64,000 nucleotides of DNA. Source: Entomortierella parvispora E1425 (taxonomy: Eukaryota; Fungi; Mortierellomycota). The DNA lies in the NCBI GenBank assembly GCA_020891255.1, contig BQFW01000008.1, forward strand, positions 744,001 through 808,000, read 5' to 3'. Shown here piece after piece: positions 22,913 through 34,250 of this stretch (within the stretch, counting starts at the first letter, position 1; each line of letters opens with the position of its first letter). Under the pieces are notes generated by a model. It saw only the letters and a program-made list of their open reading frames with translations, made no database searches and had not been told where the DNA came from. The translations under genes and the position numbers were made by a program.

Positions 22913-23258
22913 CTTTCTCTTTGTCTTTGATGGCACAGACGCAAAGAACAGCGCCCCTGCATTTTGTTATTTGTCTTTCACAAGGATGGACGAGCGACAA
23001 GAAGAATAGAACAACAACAACAACAGATGTCATTCTCAAGAGGAGGTCTGTCCACACCTTGGTCCAAATGTTTGTTCAATCCAAGGGGGAGGCTGGCGCG
23101 AGTCATAAAAGGGGATATATGGGTTCATTTTCAGTGAACAAAAAGGGGGACCAGAGTGGTCCAAGCATCGCACCTTCTTTTTTCATATATCTCTCGGTTG
23201 GATTCCGTTTGGGCGTAAAGGAAGAAGACATCCTCGCCAAGGCTCTGTGCAACAACCC

Positions 23259-23291
<33 letters not shown>

Positions 23292-24202
23292 GACGTACTC
23301 TAATCGCTCTTCATTGTCCTTGATCTCTGATTTCGATTGAACCAACAGGGAGGTGGAGTGAGAGGATAAAAGGGAATTCGGATGAATTTGGGGGTTCCAG
23401 CTACCAAGCTTGAACCTTCTTGTTCCGAATGAAACCCTTCATTGAGTCAGGGACTGATTTATGCAAGATACGAACGCTACCTTGGCAATATGACAGCAGG
23501 AGTGTCAGGAGACACTCCATCCCGAACAAAGTGCACACGACCTTTTTTTTTTCTTCCCTCTGAAAACAGGGCGGGGGGGAGAGGAATGATCGTCGACCTC
23601 TCTCTCTGTCCCCCTCTCTGTCGGAGGGCGATCCTCACCGCACAAACAACGCGTCTTTCGCCAGTGCGCGTCATCTTGGACATGAACAGGGAGAACGACA
23701 AATGGTCTCGTGATTCAAAGTCCTATTTTTACCAGCTCTGTTTTATTTGGTTTGTCTTCAGCCTTTCTTTATCTTTTTTTCTTTTCAATTGCGAAAGCAC
23801 TACAAGAAACAGGAGCCTCATCTACAAAGATCTCAAGAACAAAAAAGCAGGGGAAAAAAAAAAAACAAACAAACAAAATGAAAAAAATGGAAAAGAAAGC
23901 TGAAGACAGAGCACGAGGAAACAGTGGTAGCTGACAAACGATGAGAAACAGACGCAGCAACAGAGCAAGGCACACGCAGATAAAGAGGTGAAAAAAAAAG
24001 ACACTGCTATGTACAACTTTTTTCTTCTTTGGTTCTTGAAGAGTGCGGAATGGTATGAGGATAGAGCGGTACAAAGAGTCGACAAAGGACCAGTGCAAAG
24101 ATGACAACTTCCAGAGCAAACAAAAGATGTCGCCAAAACAAAACAATAAAAAAGAAAAAGGAATAGATTGCCAAGATGCAAGAGATGCAAGTCCAAAGAC
24201 GA

Positions 24203-27200
24203 CTAGACAGGGTCCACCACTCCACGAGATGAAGGGTCGTCATATCCTGGAGGTGTGTCCACCATGACGACTGCAGCAACAGCAGTCATACTCCCGGCGC
24301 GTGTTGTTCTTGTCGCTGGCACTGTTCTCGTTCTCGGATCAGAATCCTGGCGTCGTCGTGTATCATAGCGCTGATGGTAGGCTCTGAACATGGCGTCTTC
24401 ATCGCCGTCGTCAGTAGTGATCGCTGTTGAAAGACTCGCCCCAGCCATGCCTGATGTGACTCCCACAAGATGACTGTAGTCGCCCGACCCACTCTCAGTT
24501 CTCTCATAGTCTGGTGGGCTGTCCGTGGTTCTATGGGGGTTGGGGGAGCTGAGAGAGATCGATGAAGACGATGAGGAGGACCTTGCTGGTGAGCCTAGTG
24601 ATCCCGTTCTTCTGTGCATCGACGCTTGCGCCTCATGATCATGTTGGAAATAAGATGGAAGCTCATCATCAACCAAGAGAATCTCTTGTGAGTTAGGTCC
24701 CAGCGAGCTTCCACCCTCAGACGAATAGCTGTCTAGGTTTGCTTCCACATGCTGTCGATGTACCGGTACCCGAAGATGATTTTGCCCGCCTGCGCTCGAT
24801 CCCCAGTTTGTGGTCCCTGCATCTTCTGCAGATTCTGATGCACCGACTAAACTTTCGCCAATACTCCTATAGTGGGCCTGGAGCTCAACTGAAAAGATCC
24901 TGCAGCGCTCATCAAACAGCTTCTCCATGACCACAAACTTCCTCTTTTTCAGAACTCGGCTTTTCTTGTGCAGGGTCTCCAAAGTATGCGAGAGGAGGTT
25001 ATAGGCATCCTTGAATTTAGCGGTGTAGATGATCAACCCGTTCGAGGTGTCCGCAATAGTGTCCATTTTGATATCACACAAGAGTCCAATGTCCTCCAAT
25101 GTCGGTACAAAAGTCCGCGCGTTCGCCATGTGGATGTCTGCAAGCCTCGTGTATGAAGGGGGTTGTTCTATTAGAAAAGGTCAAAAAGAGAAGACGAAAA
25201 GAGTCAGAAGCACATTAAAAAAAACAAGTTGCGATCAAGACTTCCGATGTCCTTCGGTTACAAACACATACTGGGTCCAAGGAAAGGGACAAATTTCTTG
25301 AACGACTTTGAGACATCCTTGGGATTGGAGGCAACTTGCTTCTCCACGGTATCGTTCCAAATGTCAACATAGCGTCTGACTTCCTTGAATTCGGCTTTGG
25401 CTTGACGGTGCTTCTCAAAGCTCTCCTTCACCTAGATTGTAAGGAAGCAAGGACATCAGCGACAGGAAGGGCTGAAATTCACTCATGTGCCAGGCCGTAG
25501 GTGGTTCCCTCCATGTCTTGTGTTGAGTATCATACCTCGACAATCTCTGCACAGATTTTTTCTAGTTCAAGTTCGAGCGCATCTTCACTGGGGTGTTCTA
25601 TAGAAAAACGGCCGAGATCGATAAGACGGTCAGTTTTTTTTTCTCTCCATTCATTAGAAATAGCCATCGATGCTTCGATTGTGGCGCTGCATCTTTGATG
25701 ATTGTTCTCTTGAGCGTGACGCTGTAACCTACCGGGTGTTGATCCGGTGAAGATCTATTCGTGATTGGGCAGAGAGCAAAGGCACAGGAAAAAAAACCGA
25801 TAAGTGAGAGCCTCAACATGACAACAGGGACCTTTTTTTTTGCAGAACGTGGACGAAGGAAACTCATATTGAGAGCTGTTTGCTGTAAGAATTTGTTACC
25901 TCTTCCAACAGCTTCTGAAGGTCGCTTCGACTCTCGAAATACTGGGTGACCTGACGAGTGAGGCCGATGTGCTACGTGAGAAAGATGGAAAAATATTAAT
26001 TGGTGACATATTTTCAGCCGAGGAGGGACGTGCCAGTGCATGTGCACGTCCTCGTGTCGATGGAAAGGGTCGGATGCGCTAACAAAAAGTGCGCAAATTG
26101 CGGATGGGTAAACATATACCAAGAGACGAGGAGAATGCTGCCATTTACGGACATCATCCTGTGGAGGGAATGGGAACAATACAGAGTCGGGGATGGCTTG
26201 TCTATCGACACCTGCCCCTCTGGCGACACCTGTCTACCTGGCCACTTTTCACTCCCACATGCACTTTAAAGCCAAAGAACTAAAAAAGAGTCAGGGTCCT
26301 TTGGCTGTCCAAAGACTGCTCTTTGCACCAGAGGCACCAGCTCCGATTGGATGGGTCAAAAACGGCCAAGAGGGGAGCATGGAAATGCTCTTCCTGTCCC
26401 TCCTTGTCAAACTAGCCAGTAGTGAAGGATCGCCCAGTCCCCACACTTACACGCGCGGGGATGATCGTGTTGGCCCGATGCAGACACTGACCAAACAAAC
26501 AGATACATCGTTGCCCTACTCTACCCACATCTGATCGGATGACAAAGGTCTTTACTCCACAATATCGCGATATCTCGACACGAGAAGGAAGGAATTGTTT
26601 GAGGTGACAACAACAGAGGGGCATCAGCACAAGATGAAAACAGAGTAGAGCACCTTATCCACGAAACATCTCTCCTTCCACAAGAGTTGTCCCTCCGTCC
26701 ATGCTCCACACTTCTCCCCTCACTTGCGCCGTGCCCAGCCCCGCCGCATTCCCCTCCTCCACGCGTCACTATCCATTCTGTCGCATTGATTGATTTGATT
26801 GCTTGAGGAGAGATAAATATACCCTTTGTTTGTTTTCTGCGCGAGTATGTGTGCTGCTGCACCGCCAATCATCCCTCCATCACATCTCTCCCGCTCCTCT
26901 CCCCCCTCGTTGCAATACAATGCGTGGATCAGAGATAAACAATCATCCCTGAAGACGAGATCAGGAAATGATCGTGTCATCCTGCCAAAAAAACAATCTT
27001 CACATTGTAAAAGAAATAAATATAAAAGATGAAAAAAATAATAATAATAATAATTACCAAGATCTTGGCTGCCAGCAGCTGTCCATTGAGCGAGTCGAGG
27101 GCCTCCTTGGTGGCCTGTTGCTGTTCCTGCAGCAAGTCGGATTCTGCCTCCTCTGGAGACGGTTGAAGACTAACGTGGCTCCCATGTCCCGAAGTCTGAG

Positions 27201-27957
27201 GTCTTTTTGACAGGGTCTTACTGTTGAGGGCGGTAAGAAGGAAAGGAGGCAAGAAAAACAAAAGGGGAGGGAAGGTGAGGGTTAGGTGTGTGTTTTATAG
27301 AGACGAACGCGCAAGGGACAATCGCGGAGGGTGCGCGTGGAAGAGAAGCCCTTCGGATAGCAATCCGTGGGATAGGGTTGAGTTCTCCACTTCTCGGCCA
27401 GTCGTGTCTCAAATGGAATTGAAAAAAAAGGAAACGGCGAGAGGGCAATCGGATCCTATTCCCGTTTGTTGTGCAAAAAATATTGCGAAGTGCTCGTAAT
27501 AAAAAAATGGGTACTACCCAAATGATGATGATGACAGCGATGATGTAGCAAAAGGGGAGAGGGGGTAGGGGAAGACTTGCAGCTTGTCTTGACACGATCT
27601 CAGGAGGACCGTCTTCTTCTTGATGTCGGCCTCTAGTCGCTCGATCGTCAGATTGTGCTTGTCCAGCTGCTTCTTGAGTGGGCTGAAGTGGGCAATGTTC
27701 TGAGTCAAGGACGTGAAACGGTGCTCGGCCGCCAAGATCCGATCGCCAAAGGGGACGACGGTTGTTTCCGATGTGGGGGCAGCAGCAGCAGCGCTACTGT
27801 TGCTGTCCATCAACGAGCTGTTGGTGTGATCAGACGTAGATAACGAGGGAGCTTGGGTATATGTCGTTGTCGTGTTGGAGTTACTCCGCACCCGGGTCTG
27901 TTCTGCCGTGGGGGGTGCAAGAGCAGAACTATCGAGCGAGGCTGAAGGCGGTGCCAT
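24203..27957 (-). CDS. Coiled-coil protein with three PPxY motifs, ~606 aa, 7 exons
   Basis: Exons 27957-27581, 27220-27058, 25971-25900, 25754-25733 (22 nt), 25597-25536, 25431-25272, 25167-24203 (1821 nt). Joined reading ..LLAAKIL|HIGLTRQVTQYFESRSDLQKLLEE|IFTGSTPE|HPSEDALELELEKI.. Motifs PPSY, PPDY, PPGY. The intron 1 donor is ambiguous (GC at 27580 or a weak GT 14 nt earlier in the transcript). Confidence 0.75.
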
Positions 27958-29103
27958 CGGATAAAGGAAAGACAGAGAGGACAGTGAATGGGTGGGGTGG
28001 AAGACAGAAAGGAAGGACAGGAGTGAACGGGTCCGAGGAAGCAGAGACGAAAGAAGTGCAACGAGCAAGGGAGGGGCAGGGCGGGCTGTGGAGAGAGTAG
28101 GACAAAGAAAGGGATAAAGAGATGCGGGAGGGCGAGGCAGTGTCGGTGGACGAAGGGTCCAATGTAAAGGAGGAGCAGACAGAAGGAAATGCAAATCGAT
28201 GAAGGATGGAGAAGAATGAATGGTAATGAATGAAACGACGAGAGAGGAGGACGAGAAGAGGACGAGAAGAGGAGAGGAGGACGAGCTGACCAAGAAGGAA
28301 AGACCGCAGGAAATTGCAGGCACACGCCCTCTCTCGTTTCGCCGTCCTTTGCATCCCTTCCTTCTGTCTTGCCTGACTGACTGCGAGGGCGCAGAGCAGA
28401 GTGCCATGTATGCAGTGCATTGCAGAAAGACCTCAATTGACGTCCGTCCTCTCTCCACCCATGATACATGTACCTTCCCCACTGTCTCTGTCCAGTCGTC
28501 CTGGGAACATACAGACCCGTTGTGTGGGATAGACGATGGGCTAGACGGCTCGTTGGTTGGACAGGGTAAAGCGACCTGTGCACCCTTCATCCCCTCCTCT
28601 CCCGTCCTGCGTCTTGGTCATTGTTGTCATTTTGTCATCAAAAGTCCCTGTCTCTTGCTTGCCGCCTTTTTGTGTTTTTCCATTACAAGCGCATCCTCCC
28701 TTCACTCCACTTGCCCGTGGCACACTGTCCTCCGGAGAAAGAGCCGACTACCAGAAGCAATTCGGGACAATGGGTCGTCGACAGACAGAGGAGGATTTTG
28801 ACTATTCTCGTCTGTGGGTCTGCTCGTACTGTAGTATTTTTCTTGACCTTCTCCCAAAAACCTTTCCTCCCACCTTCTTTGAATTCCCAACTCTCTACTC
28901 CTCTTTCTTGGATTCTTGACGAGCAACTCACCTTCTATTTTTCTGCCGCATGCAAGCCCATCAACAGCCGAGATAAAGCATTGGTCATCATGATAAAAAA
29001 AAAGTACTAATCTTTATATGTGTGCGTGCGTGTGTGCATGTGTGTGTGCTTTATCCTGGCGGAGTCCTGACCTCTGTTTTTGTTCGCTACATGCCTTGGT
29101 TCT

Positions 29104-31377
29104 TTAAACCAAGCCAGCCTTCTCCATGGCAGCGCGCATCAACACTCCCAACTTGGCAGGGCTCTGGGAGACAACAACACCGGCGCTCTCCAAGGCCCTG
29201 ATCTTGTCATCGGCACCACCCTTACCTCCGGCAATAATGGCTCCAGCGTGACCCATGCGTCTGCCGGGAGGGGCAGTGCGTCCAGCAATGAACGAGACAA
29301 CGGGCTTGGGCTGCTGGCGGGTCAAGTTGTACTGCTTCAAGAACTCGGCGGCCTCCTCCTCGGCGCTGCCTCCGATCTCACCGATGAGAATAATACCCTC
29401 GGTGTTGGGGTCCTCCAAGAAGACGGACAAGCAGTCGATGAAGTTGGTTCCGTTGAAGGGATCACCACCGATACCGATGCAGAGGGACTGGCCAAGACCG
29501 ACCTCGGTGGTCTGGTTGACAGCCTCGTAGGTAAGAGTACCGGAACGGGAAACGATACCTAAAATGAAGATGGAATCAGCACTAGGTTCTCAATCCTCCG
29601 CAATCTATGCTCCTGGATCAACTCTGTCCAAAGACTGTGTCCAGACTTTAGGAGATCATATTAACTTACCGATCTTTCCGACCTTGTGGATGTGGCCAGG
29701 CATGATTCCGATCTTGCAGGCGTCAGGGGCAATGATACCGGGGCAGTTGGGTCCGATGAGACGAGTCTTGTCCTGAGCCTTCAAGGCCTTGACGACCTAA
29801 TCTTCGCAAGTGGATAAAATAATCCATTTTACATGAGTTACTATGAAACAAAACTGCAAATAGAGACCTTATTCCGCTTGGTCACTTACGCGAACCATGT
29901 CCTGCTGGGGAATACCCTCAGTGATGGCAACAACCAAGGGGATCTCGGCCTCAATGGCCTCCATGATGGCACCGGCAGCCATGGGGGGAGGAACGTAGAT
30001 GACGGAAGCATCAGGCTTAACCTCGCGAGCGGCATCGGCAATGGTGTTGAAGACGGGAAGACCCAAGTGAGTCTGACCACCCTTCTTGGGGGAGACACCT
30101 CCGACCATGTTGGTGCCGTACTCAATGGCCTGCTTGGAGTGGAAGGTACCCTACAGTTTTCCGACAGAAGAAAAAGTACAATGTAAGTTCATGGACGCAA
30201 AAAGTTGTCTCCTTCCCGACGCTAGGCTCGGTCCAAAAGCACCTCGGCCGATGATCCGCCACAAATTGATTTTTAGAGAGCGTCACAGGCCACAGAACGT
30301 GCTGGTATCAAGGAACCGCACAGGTCCAGATCAGGACATGCTCAAGAAGGCGTGTTTCGAGTGCAATGATTTTTATCATATATGCTGCAACAGTGTCCAA
30401 TGCTCCCATACACTATCCCTTGCATTCCATATACTATCCCTTGCATTCCTTTGCTTGGAGTGCATTCATTGCTGTCGTGACGCGCCACCAATGATCCTCC
30501 TGAATCTTCCTGTCCTGAGGGCGCCAATCGATCCATAGCATGTATGAAAGGCAACTGAGGCAGGACCAGTTGATTCTGCAATAGTCCATGACTCAATAAT
30601 GACAACACCAATGACTTGACAAGTAATTACCTGCTTGCCGGTGAATCCCTGGCAGACGACCTTGGTGTTCTTGTTGATCAACATGTTCTTGACAGTCTTG
30701 TCATAGCCGGAGGAGGCCTTGGCAGAGCTGCTGAACATGCGCTGAGCAACTATTTTCATAGAAAGGATAGCCACAAGGGGGTGTTAGTGGACGCTCGGGG
30801 CACTACACGGATCATTACACAAACTGGTCTCGGGGCACGAGTTCCGTGGGGTTCTTGGGCCTCGAAAAGAAAAGAGAAAACAAGGAAAAGGACACAAGAC
30901 ACAATCGAAAAGGCATTGATGGAGGGCATGCGGGGAAGGGTTGGACTGTGTCAGGGGCGTGCGCAACACGCTTGTGATGACCGAGGAAGATTGCATCCCG
31001 ATGCCCCGTATTTTGCATTTTTGGATCGGCTCCCCGGGTGAATCCTGTTCCTGAAGGCTGAGTGTCTGCCAGTGGGACACGCGTTGTTATTCAGGAACAG
31101 AGGACGGGAAGGATGAAGACTCCTTGTCCGTTGCGGTCGCGCTGAATGAGAATACAGTTTTCACCATCCTTGGGAAATGCGGGGATGCCTTCCAGGAAAG
31201 GATTAATGCGGATGGGGCAGCGAGAGCTTGGGTCCCGAGACGAGATGGTTCAACGAAATACAAACAAAGGGACGATTGAACGAAAAGAGAGCGCCAGCCG
31301 TGAGAATGCAAGACGAGAGACAGAAAGCGAGACTTGCCTTTGGTGGCAGGGGCAGCGGCGCGGAGAGAGGCGAGCAT
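29104..31377 (-). CDS. LSC1: Succinate-CoA ligase alpha subunit, mitochondrial, 333 aa, 5 exons
   Basis: Exons 31377-31338, 30749-30631, 30150-29890, 29796-29670, 29558-29104. Motifs [57 protein letters not shown] (phospho-His loop). Presequence [22 protein letters not shown] requires a GC-AG intron 1. Confidence 0.97.
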
Positions 31378-31856
31378 GGTGGGAATTGAGGAGGGAGAGG
31401 GGAGAGGGGGAGGATGAGATGGGGGAGAGAAAGAGATGGAGATCGAGCCTTTTTTGTTTCTTTTCTTTGGGGGCAGATGCGCCTTTCGAGAGGGGATTCG
31501 CTTTCGCAGAAGGGGTCGGACGAGACACGGACAGAGAGGCGTTTTCTGTCGTGTCGACACGGACACTGGCACAAACACGGCCGGAGTTGCACGGCGTGGA
31601 TGCCCCTGGGGGCAAAAGAAAACAAAGGGCGACCTGTGTACGTGGACAGGACTGTCTGTGTACGTGGGTGGGTTTCCCTTGGCTGTGGCACTGGCACTGG
31701 ATGGCAGGGACTGGCACGGACTGGCACGGACTGGCACGGGCACTGGCTGACTTTCGACCGTCCGTCTGTCCGAGCATGCTTTTACATTCTTCGCTGCGCT
31801 TTGCTTCTTGTTTCCCTGTTGCTCCTTCTTTCCCGATCCAATCCCTCTTCACCACA
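31378..31856. promoter_or_regulatory. 479-bp divergent (bidirectional) intergenic region between LSC1 and SDH8
   Basis: The ATGs at 31377 (-) and 31857 (+) are head-to-head; the region contains tandem GGACTGGCAC x3 (31708-31737) and extra TGGCAC copies. Confidence 0.75.
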
Positions 31857-32219
31857 ATGGCACCTCGTTCAATGACATCCACAGTCTTTGGACTCGTCGC
31901 TCGCACAAGTTCATCTCAGTCCTACCTTGCTGCCTGCAGATCCGCCACCCCTGTGCTCATTACTCGCTCCTATGCTGGACTGCGCCCGAGAGGACCAGGT
32001 CCCCTTCCGCTAGGCTCTGCTGCCGATCAGGCAGAGTTTGAGAAGTTGGTCAAGGAAGCAGCCTCGACTCCCGCCACAAGTCATCCGGATGCAAAGGCTC
32101 CTGTCCCGGACGAGTTTGAGGGCGACACAAATCCAAACACCGGTGAGGTTGGGGGACCCAAGCGGGAGCCTGTTCGGTTTGGAGACTGGTCCTTCAAAGG
32201 CCGTGTAACGGACTTTTAG
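31857..32219 (+). CDS. SDH8: Succinate dehydrogenase assembly factor 4 (Sdh8/SDHAF4, DUF1674), 120 aa
   Basis: Presequence-like N-terminus, PGPLPLG..DQAEFE, and diagnostic C-terminus FEGDTNPNTGEVGGPKREPVRFGDWSFKGRVTDF. Confidence 0.93.
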   Translation: MAPRSMTSTVFGLVARTSSSQSYLAACRSATPVLITRSYAGLRPRGPGPLPLGSAADQAEFEKLVKEAASTPATSHPDAKAPVPDEFEGDTNPNTGEVGGPKREPVRFGDWSFKGRVTDF

Positions 32220-32721
32220 GCTTTTAGCCCTGCATCCTCTGTATGTACTGTACAGTACAATGTAATAAAACAAGAGTGGGTGCAGGTCGCTCTCTCTCAC
32301 TTTCTCTCAACGTTCTCTGGTCAATCGTTCACTTGCTTTGCACTGGGTTTTTTCGGCCATACTCACTCTCTTTCCTGGTGCAGATCAGCGAGGTCCAACC
32401 GGGTACCATGCAATCGACACATAATGGTCACCAGGATTAGGTTATAACGTCCCAGACACAGCTTCCTCAATAGTCGCGTCTGAATCGTCAAGCCACTGGG
32501 TGGCTCGCGAAAGCACGTCCTGCAAATGAGAACTTGCGTGTCTGCTGTTCCAGGTGGTGCATCCGGTGGACTGGACTCTTTTTTTTTTTTTCCCTTTTCT
32601 CTTTCTTTCGACCCTTTCTTTTCTTCAATTCCCACGAAAAAACATCCAGCTTACTCCTTTCACTCCTGTTTACTTCACCCATCTTCTATCACATCACTCA
32701 CTTCATCCAGTGCTCGTAACC

Positions 32722-33141
32722 ATGATGCGCTCAACCGTTGCCAACACTGTCCGCCGCACACTTGTGCAACCATCCCAGAGAGTCTCTCCTGTTGTCGTCT
32801 CGACTCGCTTCTACTCTGAAGCCTTCAAAAGGAAGGAGAAGGCTCAGGAGGAGGTGTTTTTCCGTCAGAGGGTAGGTCGCTGCCCCAAGACTGGACGATA
32901 TGCCGATATGTCGTCGTTGCTCTCTTGACTCGTCCCCGTTGTTACTCATTCTCATTGATCTCTATTCACTTTGTATGTCGTTTAGGAGGAGGAGGAGATC
33001 AAAAAGCTCAAGGTTAGACTCGCCAACGCCGAGAAGGAGGAGGACATCAGAAAGCTCAAGGAGGAAGAGATCAAACAGCTCAAGGATAAACTCGCGAAGG
33101 CCGAGAAGGAGGCTGCAGAATTCATGAAGAACAAGAAGTAG
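32722..33141 (+). CDS. INH1: Mitochondrial F1Fo-ATPase inhibitor (IF1/Inh1-like), 101 aa, 2 exons
   Basis: Exons 32722-32871, 32986-33141. Arg/Ser/Thr-rich presequence MMRSTVANTVRRTLV..STRFYS, IATP motif AFKRKEKAQEEVFFRQR|EEEEIKKLK, and a coiled-coil tail. Confidence 0.85.
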
Positions 33142-34250
33142 AGAAGAATCTGACTGTTTTCTATTCCCAGGAGTCTGCCTTTTGGTTGTCTTTGGAATCG
33201 ACTTTTTTGTCCACCCTTTCTTTGTATTCTTTTTTTTTTTGACCTTTCATCGTGTTGCATGACTTACAACCGACGCAGGACAGCCCTCAAAATGACACCA
33301 GGATCCAGTGTCGTTTGTAAATAAAACCCACCTTTTCAGAAGAATTATCATGGACAAAACAGTCTGTTCGCCGCCCAGGATTACCCCCATGCCCAAAGCG
33401 TGACCAATGTGAAACGAGCCGTGTCTTTGTGCAGCATTACCTGAGGGCGTTCCTTCATTGTCGCCACATATCTTTGGCAATCAAGAAGCGCTCTGCTTTT
33501 CTTGTTCATCCTTGTCAAGCCCACACATTAGGTTGTGCTGCTTCCTGCAAGTGCCCGATTCCAGCATTCAAAAGCCAGAAACCAGGTGGCACCATGTCCC
33601 GTTTGACAGACACCTTACATTTTCCTCCTGTGTTCAGTTTCTTTCGGTAGATTCCATTAGACCCATATGTTTTCTGGCTGAAGCCCGGTTCTGGACGATG
33701 GGTGGTATTCCGCCTCAGAGATCTGAGAAAGAACGCGCAATGTTTTTTTTTTTCTATTTTTGTAGTATCAACGGTTGCAAGATCTTGCTGAAAAAGACGC
33801 GTGCAAAAAAAAACGCGTCTTCCCTCCAACTCAACCATGACTGGGTTGCACAGCCTTCTTTTTGTTCTCCACATGAAATAATGTGTGGCGCTCAAAGCAT
33901 CCAAAGCGGTTCCTGAACGCATGCTTGGAAGGGCCTAATACTATTCACACACACGCGCTCCACGCTTTCTCTCATCGATATTACGATTTTTTCTAAAACA
34001 TTCATACGCCTTTCCCCTGCTTTAGTCACCATGACGCTCCTGTAAGACCACTCGGGTATCCATTCTTAGACTGAGGATAGTTTCATGGGACTTTTTTAGA
34101 TGAAGACTTGGACATGGATTTTAAGTAGGGCGCGCATGCCTTTCAGTGGCTCGTCCAGAGGAAGATATTAAGGATATGATATGGTGTTTTTATTTTGTTT
34201 TTCAGTATGATTGACTTTTTTCAGCCCTTTCAAAAAGCGCCTTTCTGTTC

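Noticed and set aside
25757-25867. Separate start MSFLRPRSAKKK for the 24203 ORF
   Set aside because: It needs a weak GTCCCT donor; the 25971-25900 exon with strong TAG/GTAAC sites gives a better continuous protein.
8011-27957. Ubiquitin-system cluster (makorin, GID7-like, PPxY protein)
   Set aside because: Genes are interspersed with unrelated ones and such genes are common; no shared element was found.
27958-28590. 211-codon upstream extension of the coiled-coil gene
   Set aside because: CT-rich leader translating to L/S/P/F low-complexity sequence typical of a 5' UTR.
30407-30448. 21-bp direct duplication inside LSC1 intron 2
   Set aside because: A simple local slippage duplication with no evidence of function.
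31146-31856. 237-codon N-terminal extension of SDH8 in the ORF track
   Set aside because: It overlaps LSC1 exon 1 and the shared promoter, and is purine/pyrimidine-tract derived; ATG 31857 gives a typical presequence and length.
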